Sequence record: CP132210.1
DNA: 64,000 nt
Origin: a plasmid
Strand: one strand, 5' to 3'
In this document: positions 21,571 through 32,673 of the stretch, piece after piece
How the letters are laid out: each line of letters opens with the position of its first letter
Numbering within the stretch: position 1 is the stretch's first letter
Program-made: the position numbers and the translations under genes
The notes under the pieces: model-generated
The model's database searches: none
Seen by the model: only the letters and a program-made list of their open reading frames with translations
What the model was told of the DNA's origin: nothing

Positions 21571-21918
21571 ATGAAAGGCTGGCTTTTTCTTGTTATCGCA
21601 ATAGTTGGCGAAGTAATCGCAACATCCGCATTAAAATCTAGCGAGGGCTTTACTAAGCTTGCCCCTTCCGCCGTTGTCATAATCGGTTATGGCATCGCAT
21701 TTTATTTTCTTTCTCTGGTTCTGAAATCCATCCCTGTCGGTGTTGCTTATGCAGTCTGGTCGGGACTCGGCGTCGTCATAATTACAGCCATTGCCTGGTT
21801 GCTTCATGGGCAAAAGCTTGATGCGTGGGGCTTTGTAGGTATGGGGCTCATAATTGCTGCCTTTTTGCTCGCCCGATCCCCATCGTGGAAGTCGCTGCGG
21901 AGGCCGACGCCATGGTGA
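21571..21918 (+). CDS. qacEdelta1: Truncated SMR efflux protein QacEdelta1, start of the 3'-CS
   Basis: 115-aa [118 protein letters not shown]. Confidence 0.97.
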   Translation: MKGWLFLVIAIVGEVIATSALKSSEGFTKLAPSAVVIIGYGIAFYFLSLVLKSIPVGVAYAVWSGLGVVIITAIAWLLHGQKLDAWGFVGMGLIIAAFLLARSPSWKSLRRPTPW

Positions 21919-22751
21919 CGGTGTTCGGCATTCTGAATCTCACCGAGGACTCCTTCTTCGATGAGAGCCGGCGGCTAGACCCCGCCGGCGCTGTCACCGC
22001 GGCGATCGAAATGCTGCGAGTCGGATCAGACGTCGTGGATGTCGGACCGGCCGCCAGCCATCCGGACGCGAGGCCTGTATCGCCGGCCGATGAGATCAGA
22101 CGTATTGCGCCGCTCTTAGACGCCCTGTCCGATCAGATGCACCGTGTTTCAATCGACAGCTTCCAACCGGAAACCCAGCGCTATGCGCTCAAGCGCGGCG
22201 TGGGCTACCTGAACGATATCCAAGGATTTCCTGACCCTGCGCTCTATCCCGATATTGCTGAGGCGGACTGCAGGCTGGTGGTTATGCACTCAGCGCAGCG
22301 GGATGGCATCGCCACCCGCACCGGTCACCTTCGACCCGAAGACGCGCTCGACGAGATTGTGCGGTTCTTCGAGGCGCGGGTTTCCGCCTTGCGACGGAGC
22401 GGGGTCGCTGCCGACCGGCTCATCCTCGATCCGGGGATGGGATTTTTCTTGAGCCCCGCACCGGAAACATCGCTGCACGTGCTGTCGAACCTTCAAAAGC
22501 TGAAGTCGGCGTTGGGGCTTCCGCTATTGGTCTCGGTGTCGCGGAAATCCTTCTTGGGCGCCACCGTTGGCCTTCCTGTAAAGGATCTGGGTCCAGCGAG
22601 CCTTGCGGCGGAACTTCACGCGATCGGCAATGGCGCTGACTACGTCCGCACCCACGCGCCTGGAGATCTGCGAAGCGCAATCACCTTCTCGGAAACCCTC
22701 GCGAAATTTCGCAGTCGCGACGCCAGAGACCGAGGGTTAGATCATGCCTAG
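21912..22751 (+). CDS. sul1: Sulfonamide-resistant dihydropteroate synthase Sul1
   Basis: [51 protein letters not shown]..., 279 aa. The listed ORF starts 29 codons upstream. Confidence 0.97.
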   Translation: MVTVFGILNLTEDSFFDESRRLDPAGAVTAAIEMLRVGSDVVDVGPAASHPDARPVSPADEIRRIAPLLDALSDQMHRVSIDSFQPETQRYALKRGVGYLNDIQGFPDPALYPDIAEADCRLVVMHSAQRDGIATRTGHLRPEDALDEIVRFFEARVSALRRSGVAADRLILDPGMGFFLSPAPETSLHVLSNLQKLKSALGLPLLVSVSRKSFLGATVGLPVKDLGPASLAAELHAIGNGADYVRTHAPGDLRSAITFSETLAKFRSRDARDRGLDHA

Positions 22752-22878
22752 CATTCACCTTCCGGCCGCCCGCTAGCGGACCCTGGTCAGGTTCCGCGAA
22801 GGTGGGCGCAGACATGCTGGGCTCGTCAGGATCAAACTGCACTATGAGGCGGCGGTTCATACCGCGCCAGGGGAGCGA

Positions 22879-23379
22879 ATGGACAGCGAGGAGCCTCCGA
22901 ACGTTCGGGTCGCCTGCTCGGGTGATATCGACGAGGTTGTGCGGCTGATGCACGACGCTGCGGCGTGGATGTCCGCCAAGGGAACGCCCGCCTGGGACGT
23001 CGCGCGGATCGACCGGACATTCGCGGAGACCTTCGTCCTGAGATCCGAGCTCCTAGTCGCGAGTTGCAGCGACGGCATCGTCGGCTGTTGCACCTTGTCG
23101 GCCGAGGATCCCGAGTTCTGGCCCGACGCCCTCAAGGGGGAGGCCGCATATCTGCACAAGCTCGCGGTGCGACGGACACATGCGGGCCGGGGTGTCAGCT
23201 CCGCGCTGATCGAGGCTTGCCGCCATGCCGCGCGAACGCAGGGGTGCGCCAAGCTGCGGCTCGACTGCCACCCGAACCTGCGTGGCCTATACGAGCGGCT
23301 CGGATTCACCCACGTCGACACTTTCAATCCCGGCTGGGATCCAACCTTCATCGCAGAACGCCTAGAACTCGAAATCTAA
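22879..23379 (+). CDS. orf5: GNAT acetyltransferase orf5 of the 3'-CS
   Basis: 166-aa ORF MDSEEPPNVRVACSGDIDEVVRLMHDAAAWMSAKGTPAWDV... Confidence 0.9.
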   Translation: MDSEEPPNVRVACSGDIDEVVRLMHDAAAWMSAKGTPAWDVARIDRTFAETFVLRSELLVASCSDGIVGCCTLSAEDPEFWPDALKGEAAYLHKLAVRRTHAGRGVSSALIEACRHAARTQGCAKLRLDCHPNLRGLYERLGFTHVDTFNPGWDPTFIAERLELEI

Positions 23380-23435
23380 CGTCCGTTCGGGCATCGAGGT
23401 CCATGTCGGGGTGGGACGGGCCCGTGGCTTCAAGA

Positions 23436-24344
23436 TCACTTGCAGTCCGACCGCGATGTCTTGGTTGCGCGAGAGGTTGTCGATATGCTGAGTGTGCGAT
23501 GGTTGATCGCTTCCTCGCCGCTCTCCACGGCGACGATGGCCGCCGCCATCAGCAAGTGCGCCAGTTCCCCTATGGTGCCCTCGCTGCGTGTGAGCAGGTA
23601 GCGAGCCATGTCCAGCGTGGCAATTGGGGAAGGCCGGCGCAGCGGGAGCGAAGCGGCGAAGCTGGCCAGCAGTGAGCAGCAATCGTCGTTGGCCTCCCAT
23701 ACCGGCAGCATCATCGGCTCGAAGCGATTTTCCAACTGGTCATCGGAGCGGATGGCTAGGTAGGCGTCGCGCGTGCCTACCCCAACCAACGGGATGCGCA
23801 GTTCGTTGCCGAGGAAGCGCAGCAGGTTGAGGAATTCCCGGCGGTTGACGCTGTTGCCGGCCAGCACGTTGTGCAGCTCGTCGATCACCAGCATGCGCAC
23901 GCCGACCTTGCGCAGCAGTGCCAGAGCCAGTTGCTCCATTTCCGGCAACCGTGGGCGTGGGCGCAGCGGCGCGCCCATCGCGGCGAGCAGCGCGACGTAG
24001 AAGCGGATCACGGACGGCTCGGACGGCATCTGCACGACCAACACCGGGATGTGCTCCTGGTCGGCGTCGGAGCTGGCCGGGTGGGTGCGGCGGAACTTCT
24101 CGACGATCATCGACTTGCCATTGTTGGTCGGGCCAACCAGCAGCAGGTTGGGCATGCGTTGCTTGTTTGGCCACGCATAAAGGGCTTCCAGCCGGTTCAG
24201 CGCCTCGACTGCGCGCGGATAGCCGATCCAGCGGTCGGCGCGAAGGCGCTGGATGCGCTCGTCCGCCGGAAGACGGGCCAAGCCCTGGGCCGCCGGCAGC
24301 AGGTGGGACAGGTCGATGATGGGATATTCGTCCACGGCTACCAC
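23436..24344 (-). CDS. tniB: TniB ATP-binding transposition protein (Tn402 tni module), probably 3'-truncated (tniBdelta) with a fused tail
   Basis: MVAVDEYPIIDLSHLLPAAQGLARLPADERIQRLRADRWIGYPRAVEALNRLEALYAWPNKQRMPNLLLVGPTNNGKSMIVEKF... (Walker A). The end ...TLSISTTSRATKTSRSDCK reads into 3'-CS-derived sequence only 57 bp after orf5. Confidence 0.8.
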   Translation of the reverse strand: MVAVDEYPIIDLSHLLPAAQGLARLPADERIQRLRADRWIGYPRAVEALNRLEALYAWPNKQRMPNLLLVGPTNNGKSMIVEKFRRTHPASSDADQEHIPVLVVQMPSEPSVIRFYVALLAAMGAPLRPRPRLPEMEQLALALLRKVGVRMLVIDELHNVLAGNSVNRREFLNLLRFLGNELRIPLVGVGTRDAYLAIRSDDQLENRFEPMMLPVWEANDDCCSLLASFAASLPLRRPSPIATLDMARYLLTRSEGTIGELAHLLMAAAIVAVESGEEAINHRTLSISTTSRATKTSRSDCK

Positions 24345-26017
24345 TCCTCAATCTGGTCGAACGGTTTGGCGGGTGGCAAGTTGTCTGCCTGCGGGTCGGC
24401 AATATCCGTATCCGGCGGAACGGGCTTGTCCGGCCGAGCTGATGTCTTGAGGTGCTGGCGGCGATCCGCGTCACGCCGCGCCTTGCGTGTGGCCTTCTGC
24501 GCGCTGGTCACAATCTCACGCATCTGGCCGATCATGCGGAACAGCGCCGACTCATCCACCTGTTCGCGCCCTTGCTGCCGCAGTTTCGCCAGCGCCTGCC
24601 GTTGTTCCCAGAGGGTGACAGCCGGATGCGACAAGGTACGGTAGGGAATTTCCAGGTAATGCTGTCCCTCCGGTTCCAGGACCCAGATACGGCTGATGTC
24701 GCGCGGATCGCGCCGGATCAGAAAGGACGGCCAGCGTTCACGCCGCGCAATCCACGGCTTGAGCGCATCGGCGTAGTAGTGGATGTGGTCGATGACAAAG
24801 CCGGTGCGGGTCAGCGTGCGCCGGAGGATCGGCAGAAAATCGACCAGGAACGAAGTAGCGCGTGTGACGACGGCCGGTACGCCGACACGCGCCACGGCCT
24901 CGGCCCAGCGCGCGGCCGGCGGTTGGAGCAGGCCGTTGTGCACCGAACCGTGGTAGGTGCCGACCGCCAATGTGAGCCAGCGCTCTAGCTCGCGCAGCGT
25001 CAGGGCGGCCTTGTTTTCGGAATCGTAGTCGCCGCGCTGGTCAGGGTTGGAGAAGGTCGTTCCCGGCAGTTCGTCGTGAATCATCTGCATCGCCGTGCCG
25101 ATGATCCGTTCCACGATGCCGCCATAGTGCGGCTGTCCCAGCGGGCGATAGTCCAGCCGGATGCCATGCTGCTCGCAACCCCGGCGCAGGGCCTCGCTCT
25201 TGAACTCGGCCGCGTTGTCTAGGTAGAGCAGCAAGGGCTTGCCGCTCATCTGCCAATCCATTTCCACGTTCAGTCCTTCCAGCCAAGGGCGCTTGTCGCA
25301 GGCGACATGCACGAGGCACAGGCCAACCGAAACGGCAGACGGCGCTTCCAGCGTGACGACCATGCCGAGCACGCAGCGGGTGAACACGTCGATGGCGAGG
25401 GTCAGGTACGGGCGGCCAATAGGTTGTCGGTCGCGGTCATCGACCACGATCAGGTCGATGACCGTATGGTCTATCTGCACCTGCTCCAGCGGCGCGGTCA
25501 CGGCAGGAGGCTCGCCGCCCACACCTTGTAGGTCACGAGCGGCATCCTGGCCTTCCCGCCGGCGGATGACCTTGCGCGGGTCAAGGCTAGCGATCCGTAA
25601 GGCCACGGTATTGCGCGCCGGCACTCGCAGTTTTTGAGCCTTGCACACCTGAGTGACTTCGCGGTGAAAGGCCGCTAGGCTGCGCTTCTGCTTGGTCAGG
25701 AACCGCTTTTGCAGTAGCTCGTGGATGACGCGCTCGACCGGTTCCGGCAAGCGCCCCTTACCTTTACCTCCACCGGACTGGCCGGGCACCAGATCCGTCA
25801 CGAGGCCGCTGCCTTGCCGGGCACGCCGGATCAGAACGTATACCTGGCGCCGAGACAAGCCCAGCGCCTGAGCCGCCATATCGGCCGCTTCGTGCCCGAC
25901 CGTCTCCGACTGCGCCAACGGACTGATGATCTCCGCACGACGGCGCGCACGCTCCCAAGCCTCATCAGGCAGAGTGGCCACGCCTTGTTCTGGAATCCGT
26001 GGGGTGTCCGTCGCCAT
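24338..26017 (-). CDS. tniA: TniA transposase (DDE) of the Tn402-like tni module
   Basis: MATDTPRIPEQGVATLPDEAWERARRRAEIISPLAQSETVGHEAADMAAQALGLSRRQVYVLIRR... about 559 aa. The listed ORF carries a 12-codon upstream extension. Confidence 0.9.
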   Translation of the reverse strand: MATDTPRIPEQGVATLPDEAWERARRRAEIISPLAQSETVGHEAADMAAQALGLSRRQVYVLIRRARQGSGLVTDLVPGQSGGGKGKGRLPEPVERVIHELLQKRFLTKQKRSLAAFHREVTQVCKAQKLRVPARNTVALRIASLDPRKVIRRREGQDAARDLQGVGGEPPAVTAPLEQVQIDHTVIDLIVVDDRDRQPIGRPYLTLAIDVFTRCVLGMVVTLEAPSAVSVGLCLVHVACDKRPWLEGLNVEMDWQMSGKPLLLYLDNAAEFKSEALRRGCEQHGIRLDYRPLGQPHYGGIVERIIGTAMQMIHDELPGTTFSNPDQRGDYDSENKAALTLRELERWLTLAVGTYHGSVHNGLLQPPAARWAEAVARVGVPAVVTRATSFLVDFLPILRRTLTRTGFVIDHIHYYADALKPWIARRERWPSFLIRRDPRDISRIWVLEPEGQHYLEIPYRTLSHPAVTLWEQRQALAKLRQQGREQVDESALFRMIGQMREIVTSAQKATRKARRDADRRQHLKTSARPDKPVPPDTDIADPQADNLPPAKPFDQIEEW

Positions 26018-26062
26018 GCTCACCTCGCTTTGGTGCACACGAGTATTGAGCATAGTCGAGAT

Positions 26063-26882
26063 GGCACTGTTGCAAAGTTAGCGATGAGGCAGCCTTTTGT
26101 CTTATTCAAAGGCCTTACATTTCAAAAACTCTGCTTACCAGGCGCATTTCGCCCAGGGGATCACCATAATAAAATGCTGAGGCCTGGCCTTTGCGTAGTG
26201 CACGCATCACCTCAATACCTTTGATGGTGGCGTAAGCCGTCTTCATGGATTTAAATCCCAGCGTGGCGCCGATTATCCGTTTCAGTTTGCCATGATCGCA
26301 TTCAATCACGTTGTTCCGGTACTTAATCTGTCGGTGTTCAACGTCAGACGGGCACCGGCCTTCGCGTTTGAGCAGAGCAAGCGCGCGACCATAGGCGGGC
26401 GCTTTATCCGTGTTGATGAATCGCGGGATCTGCCACTTCTTCACGTTGTTGAGGATTTTACCCAGAAACCGGTATGCAGCTTTGCTGTTACGACGGGAGG
26501 AGAGATAAAAATCGACAGTGCGGCCCCGGCTGTCGACGGCCCGGTACAGATACGCCCAGCGGCCATTGACCTTCACGTAGGTTTCATCCATGTGCCACGG
26601 GCAAAGATCGGAAGGGTTACGCCAGTACCAGCGCAGCCGTTTTTCCATTTCAGGCGCATAACGCTGAACCCAGCGGTAAATCGTGGAGTGATCGACATTC
26701 ACTCCGCGTTCAGCCAGCATCTCCTGCAGCTCACGGTAACTGATGCCGTATTTGCAGTACCAGCGTACGGCCCACAGAATGATGTCACGCTGAAAATGCC
26801 GGCCTTTGAATGGGTTCATGTGCAGCTCCATCAGCAAAAGGGGATGATAAGTTTATCACCACCGACTATTTGCAACAGTGCC
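26063..26882 (-). mobile_element. IS26 copy 3; replaces IRt and about 85 bp of the tni end
   Basis: IRs at 26063..26076 and 26869..26882. The flank atctcgactatgctcaatactcgtgtgcacc is internal tni-end sequence, and the IRt TGTCATTTTCAGAAGACGACTGCAC is absent. Confidence 0.97.
26115..26819 (-). CDS. tnpA: IS26 transposase
   Basis: Identical Tnp26. Confidence 0.97.
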   Translation of the reverse strand: MNPFKGRHFQRDIILWAVRWYCKYGISYRELQEMLAERGVNVDHSTIYRWVQRYAPEMEKRLRWYWRNPSDLCPWHMDETYVKVNGRWAYLYRAVDSRGRTVDFYLSSRRNSKAAYRFLGKILNNVKKWQIPRFINTDKAPAYGRALALLKREGRCPSDVEHRQIKYRNNVIECDHGKLKRIIGATLGFKSMKTAYATIKGIEVMRALRKGQASAFYYGDPLGEMRLVSRVFEM

Positions 26883-27141
26883 GCAAGCTGCGCAGACGCA
26901 CCGTCACCGTCCGCAGCATCCAGCGCCCGGCACAGCCGCGCCAGTGCGTCCAGGCCGATACCCGCTTCGAAGGCAGCCCGTACAAAGCGCAGCCGTTGCA
27001 ACGCGGTGTCATCGAACAAGCCGTAGCCGCCCGTGGTGCACGCGACCGGCCGTAGCAATCCGCGCAGCAGGTAGTCGCGCACGATATGCACGCTCACCCC
27101 GGCATCAAGGGCCAGCCGGGACACTGTGTAGGCGCTCATTG
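26883..27141 (-). pseudogene. merD: merD, 3'-truncated by IS26
   Basis: [79 protein letters not shown]... The frame continues into IS26. Confidence 0.85.
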
Positions 27142-27156
27142 AACACCTCCTTTTCC

Positions 27157-29292
<2,136 letters not shown>

Positions 29293-29312
29293 CTAGGTTC
29301 GGGTTCAGTGGT

Positions 29313-29594
29313 TCACTGCTTGACGCTGGACGGATAGCCCGCGTCTCCGGTTGCCTTGGTTAGCTTCTGCACGCTGGTCTTGGCATCATCGAACGTGACA
29401 ACCGCTTCGCGTGTCTCGAAGGTCACGTCAATTTTGCTGACGCCTTCGACCTTGGAAATCGCCTTCTTGACGGTGATCGGGCAGGCGGAGCAGGTCATGC
29501 CCGGTACGGACAGCGTGACGGTCTGGGTGGCGGCCCACACGGGGGCAACAACGGCAGCGAGGGCGAGGGCGAGGGCGGCAAACAGTTTTTTCAT
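29313..29594 (-). CDS. merP: Periplasmic mercury-binding protein MerP
   Basis: MKKLFAALALALAAVVAPVWAATQTVTLSVPGMTCSACPITVKKAISKVEGV... Confidence 0.95.
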   Translation of the reverse strand: MKKLFAALALALAAVVAPVWAATQTVTLSVPGMTCSACPITVKKAISKVEGVSKIDVTFETREAVVTFDDAKTSVQKLTKATGDAGYPSSVKQ

Positions 29595-29609
29595 GATGAA
29601 CTCCTGTGA

Positions 29610-29960
29610 TTAATAGAAAAATAGCATGACGTAGGGAAATCCGAGCGCGACCAGGACCAGCGCGGCCACGATCCAGAAAATGAGCTTGTAAGTAGCCCGC
29701 ACTTGGGGAATCGCGCACACGTCCCCCGGTTTGCAGGCTTGCGCCGGGCGATAGATGCGCCGCCAGGCAAAGAACAACGCGACCAGCGCTGCGCCGATGA
29801 AGATCGGGCGATAGGGTTCCAGAACCGTCAGGTTGCCGATCCATGCCCCGCTGAATCCCAAGGCGACCAAGACCAGCGGCCCGAGGCAGCAGGCCGATGC
29901 AAGAATGGCGGCTAGCGCGCCGGTGAAGAGCGCGCCGCGCCCGTTTTGTGGTTCAGACAT
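29610..29960 (-). CDS. merT: Mercury transporter MerT
   Basis: MSEPQNGRGALFTGALAAILASACCLGPLVLVALGFSGAWIGNL... Confidence 0.95.
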   Translation of the reverse strand: MSEPQNGRGALFTGALAAILASACCLGPLVLVALGFSGAWIGNLTVLEPYRPIFIGAALVALFFAWRRIYRPAQACKPGDVCAIPQVRATYKLIFWIVAALVLVALGFPYVMLFFY

Positions 29961-30031
29961 ACGCTTGTCCTTTCAAATTTGTATTGGATAGCTTAAGCTT
30001 ACTTCCGTAGTTATGTACGGAGTCAAGCGAT

Positions 30032-30487
30032 ATGGAAAACAATTTTGAGAATCTGACCATTGGCGTTTTCGCCAAGGCGGCCGGGGTCAATGTGGAGACC
30101 ATACGGTTCTACCAGCGCAAGGGCCTGCTGCCGGAGCCAGACAAGCCCTACGGCAGCATTCGCCGCTATGGCGAGGCGGATGTAACACGGGTGCGCTTCG
30201 TGAAATCGGCCCAGCGGCTGGGCTTTAGCCTGGACGAAATCGCCGAGCTACTGCGGCTGGAGGATGGCACCCATTGCGAGGAAGCCAGCGGCCTGGCCGA
30301 GCACAAGCTCAAGGATGTGCGCGAGAAGATGGCCGACTTGGCGCGCATGGAGGCCGTGCTGTCTGAACTGGTGTGCGCCTGCCATACGCGGAAAGGGAAC
30401 GTTTCCTGCCCGCTGATTGCGTCACTACAAGACGGAACGAAGCTCGCTGCATCGGCGCGGGGGAGTCACGGGGTGACTACGCCTTAG
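30032..30487 (+). CDS. merR: Hg(II)-responsive regulator MerR
   Basis: [76 protein letters not shown]... The 3' end runs into IRmer, and the C-terminus is slightly longer than the 144-aa Tn21 MerR. Confidence 0.93.
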   Translation: MENNFENLTIGVFAKAAGVNVETIRFYQRKGLLPEPDKPYGSIRRYGEADVTRVRFVKSAQRLGFSLDEIAELLRLEDGTHCEEASGLAEHKLKDVREKMADLARMEAVLSELVCACHTRKGNVSCPLIASLQDGTKLAASARGSHGVTTP

Positions 30488-30522
30488 CGTGCTTTATTTT
30501 CCGAATTCTGAGACGACCCCCA
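30485..30522 (-). repeat. IRmer, the 38-bp terminal IR of the Tn21-like transposon (outer GGGG at 30522)
   Basis: Reverse complement GGGGTCGTCTCAGAATTCGGAAAATAAAGCACGCTAAG, a Tn21-type IR with a GAATTC variant. Confidence 0.85.
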
Positions 30523-30552
30523 ATAGCCCTCAACAAGAGTTGCTGGTGTTCG

Positions 30553-31088
30553 GTGATATGGACAGCAATGAGAAGCGCAGCATCTCAACTATCGCGCAGC
30601 AAGTTGTTCGGCCAGGAACCCAAGACGACGTTCTCAACATGTTTGTACAGGATGTTGCCCAGTGCGTGGGAGCTCAATGGCGCTGTGAGCATGAAGTGTC
30701 ACTTGGTCTGCGATCCAAGCATTTCAAAAGCTTGCTCAACGATGGCGTTAAGCAGGTCCCCCCAGACCACGTAGGTGTAGTGCATATTTGGTATGAGACC
30801 TGCGAAGGTATAGAGATTGAGGAACTCCGTAGAGGTAAGCACATCGAGAATATCTCGGCATATGATGCTTCCCAAACAACCGTGCTGGGTGTTTTCCTAC
30901 ACGCCGTGAATTACTACCCATTCGAGGATAACTATGAGTGGGCTGAGACTGTACAAGACTTTGGCTGCGTGCCCGGTTTAATGGGACTCTTCCCTAGACA
31001 GGCTTTGATGCTCGCGTTTGACTCGACGCCGGAGGTCGAAGGCGCCACACACTGGGGGCAGGACAAGGCCGCAAAATACACGCGCTGA
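30553..31088 (+). CDS. Hypothetical protein, about 178 aa
   Basis: ORF MDSNEKRSISTIAQQVVRPGTQDDVLNMFVQDVAQCVGAQWRCEHEV... begins just outside IRmer. No family recognised. The listed ORF start at 30489 overlaps IRmer. Confidence 0.45.
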
Positions 31089-31491
31089 CCGAGACATGGG
31101 CAGGGTGAATTGTCGGAACTGCTTTCCAACCACCCTGCTCACACATAAAAGTTAGACCATCATGCAGAGTGGGGTATAAAATCCCACTCCAACCCCCGAG
31201 GCCCACCTGTTACCCCGGCACAACCCTGACGAGCGCGTCTCTTCTTTCTCTCTCTTTTTCTCTCTTTCTCAATCTAATCTCCCGCGAGCGCGGGCCTAGC
31301 ACAGAGGTTGAGCTCGATCGGGGTAAGGCTCACCGGGTCAAAGATTGTCACGATAAAACATCGGGCTCGCCCTCCCCCGACGCCGCGCAGCGGCGGCGAT
31401 GGGGTCTCCTACCCCTCGTTGCATGATGGTCTAATACTGTCTACGATGTAACCAATGATCCGTTGGAACAAACCCACACACAGGCGGCCAC

Positions 31492-32370
31492 ATGGCGAAC
31501 AACTTCATCTCAGAACAATTCTCGGCAATGTGCCGCGACCTGACGAGCCTCTCTTCCCTTCTTATCAAACGACTACCTCCACGGTACGCAAAAGTTGCGG
31601 CAATCCCTCCAACCAGAAAAGGAATGGAGAATGAGGCCATCAACAGGATTGTTGTCACAGAACAAACTGGCCGCGAAGCTCTTGAGCTGGCAGCGCACAG
31701 CTACAGGGATCTTCACATTAACCCAGACTATTCGCAGAAGTCTGCCAGGCGCACCGTAGGGGTGCTCTGGTTCTCCCCTTCCAGGATTGGTGTTGCTGAC
31801 GAAATTGCGGCGACGGTTGAACGCATAAATGCGGCCAAAGCTGGTATCGAGGAGTTCATTATCTCGACGTACCCCACCAGACAAGAGAGGTTTGAAGCAC
31901 TCCGAGCGGAATGCCCTGGCGTCATGACTCTGCACCTTTACAGACAAATCAGGTGCTATGCCAATGGCGACATCGACTCTATCCGCTTCACTTGGCAACG
32001 GAAGGACTCATTGAAAAGGCCGGTAAAAGAGGAGCTTTTGCAACGCATCAGAGAGGAGCTGGAGCGATCAGGGCCAGACTATCAACTTCCCCTGGAGCAG
32101 CTTATCCAGAAGATAGCAAACACCCCGGAGCCTTATCTCCGGGAGCGAAGGGAGGTGAAGGTTCAGCCGGTGGCAAACATCATGGCCGCTGGCGAACTCA
32201 AAACTGTCACCGCGCCAATGCCCCTAATCGTGCTCCAGGATAAGGATATTCAGCTCAAATTGCTTCGTAACTTCGACGCCTCAGAACAACGCAAAACGCG
32301 ATCTGATAAAGCGGCATCGGAAATCCTTGGCACCTTCGGTGGCATCACTATCGAATCCTTCCCCGGATGA
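31492..32370 (+). CDS. Divergent Tus-like protein (DNA replication terminus site-binding protein family)
   Basis: 292 aa. Recalled E. coli Tus aligns in several blocks: NPLNRIEVKQHLG...SKAAVRLPGVL vs EAINRIVVTEQTG...SARRTVGVLW; LPGLITLNAYRTL...LRFGWANK vs CPGVMTLHLYRQI...IRFTWQRK; KRPVKVQPIARVW...PTPLIAL vs RREVKVQPVANIM...PMPLIVL. Confidence 0.55.
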   Translation: MANNFISEQFSAMCRDLTSLSSLLIKRLPPRYAKVAAIPPTRKGMENEAINRIVVTEQTGREALELAAHSYRDLHINPDYSQKSARRTVGVLWFSPSRIGVADEIAATVERINAAKAGIEEFIISTYPTRQERFEALRAECPGVMTLHLYRQIRCYANGDIDSIRFTWQRKDSLKRPVKEELLQRIREELERSGPDYQLPLEQLIQKIANTPEPYLRERREVKVQPVANIMAAGELKTVTAPMPLIVLQDKDIQLKLLRNFDASEQRKTRSDKAASEILGTFGGITIESFPG

Positions 32371-32406
32371 ACCTGCGTGACAACGTAACAAAGCCCTTCT
32401 CCAAGA

Positions 32407-32673
32407 GGGGTCGCTTCAGAATTCGGAAATTAAAGCACGTTAAGAGATCCGATACCCAGCAACTGCGCGGCTTTGCGCAAGCTGCCAACCCCTAGAAACA
32501 GCATTTTCGTGGTTCTCGAAACTCGGCTGTTTCAGCCGTGCAATATGAGAGTGGTTTTCGAGAAAGCAACATGCCATACCAGCACTAGCGCGGATCTGAT
32601 TCTCATTGAAGCCTCTCAAAAACGATCGTTTGCGAGAAGCTAGACCATGCCAGCGGCTTACCGTACGATTTTT
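32407..32673 (+). mobile_element. TIME-like (Tn3-derived inverted-repeat miniature) element: 38-bp IR, 212 bp interior, then the inner 17 bp of a second IR; interrupted by IS5075
   Basis: Left IR GGGGTCGCTTCAGAATTCGGAAATTAAAGCACGTTAAG at 32407..32444. At 32657..32673, cttaccgtacgattttt is the reverse complement of AAAAATCGTACGGTAAG, the inner part of a Tn501/Tn1721-type IR. IS5075 abuts it exactly at its known IR target position. No coding capacity between the IRs. Confidence 0.55.

Noticed and set aside
22965-24644. ORFs 22965..23675, 23740..24474 and 23871..24644
   Set aside because: They overlap orf5 and tniB in other frames or antisense, and are Arg/Pro-rich low-complexity translations.
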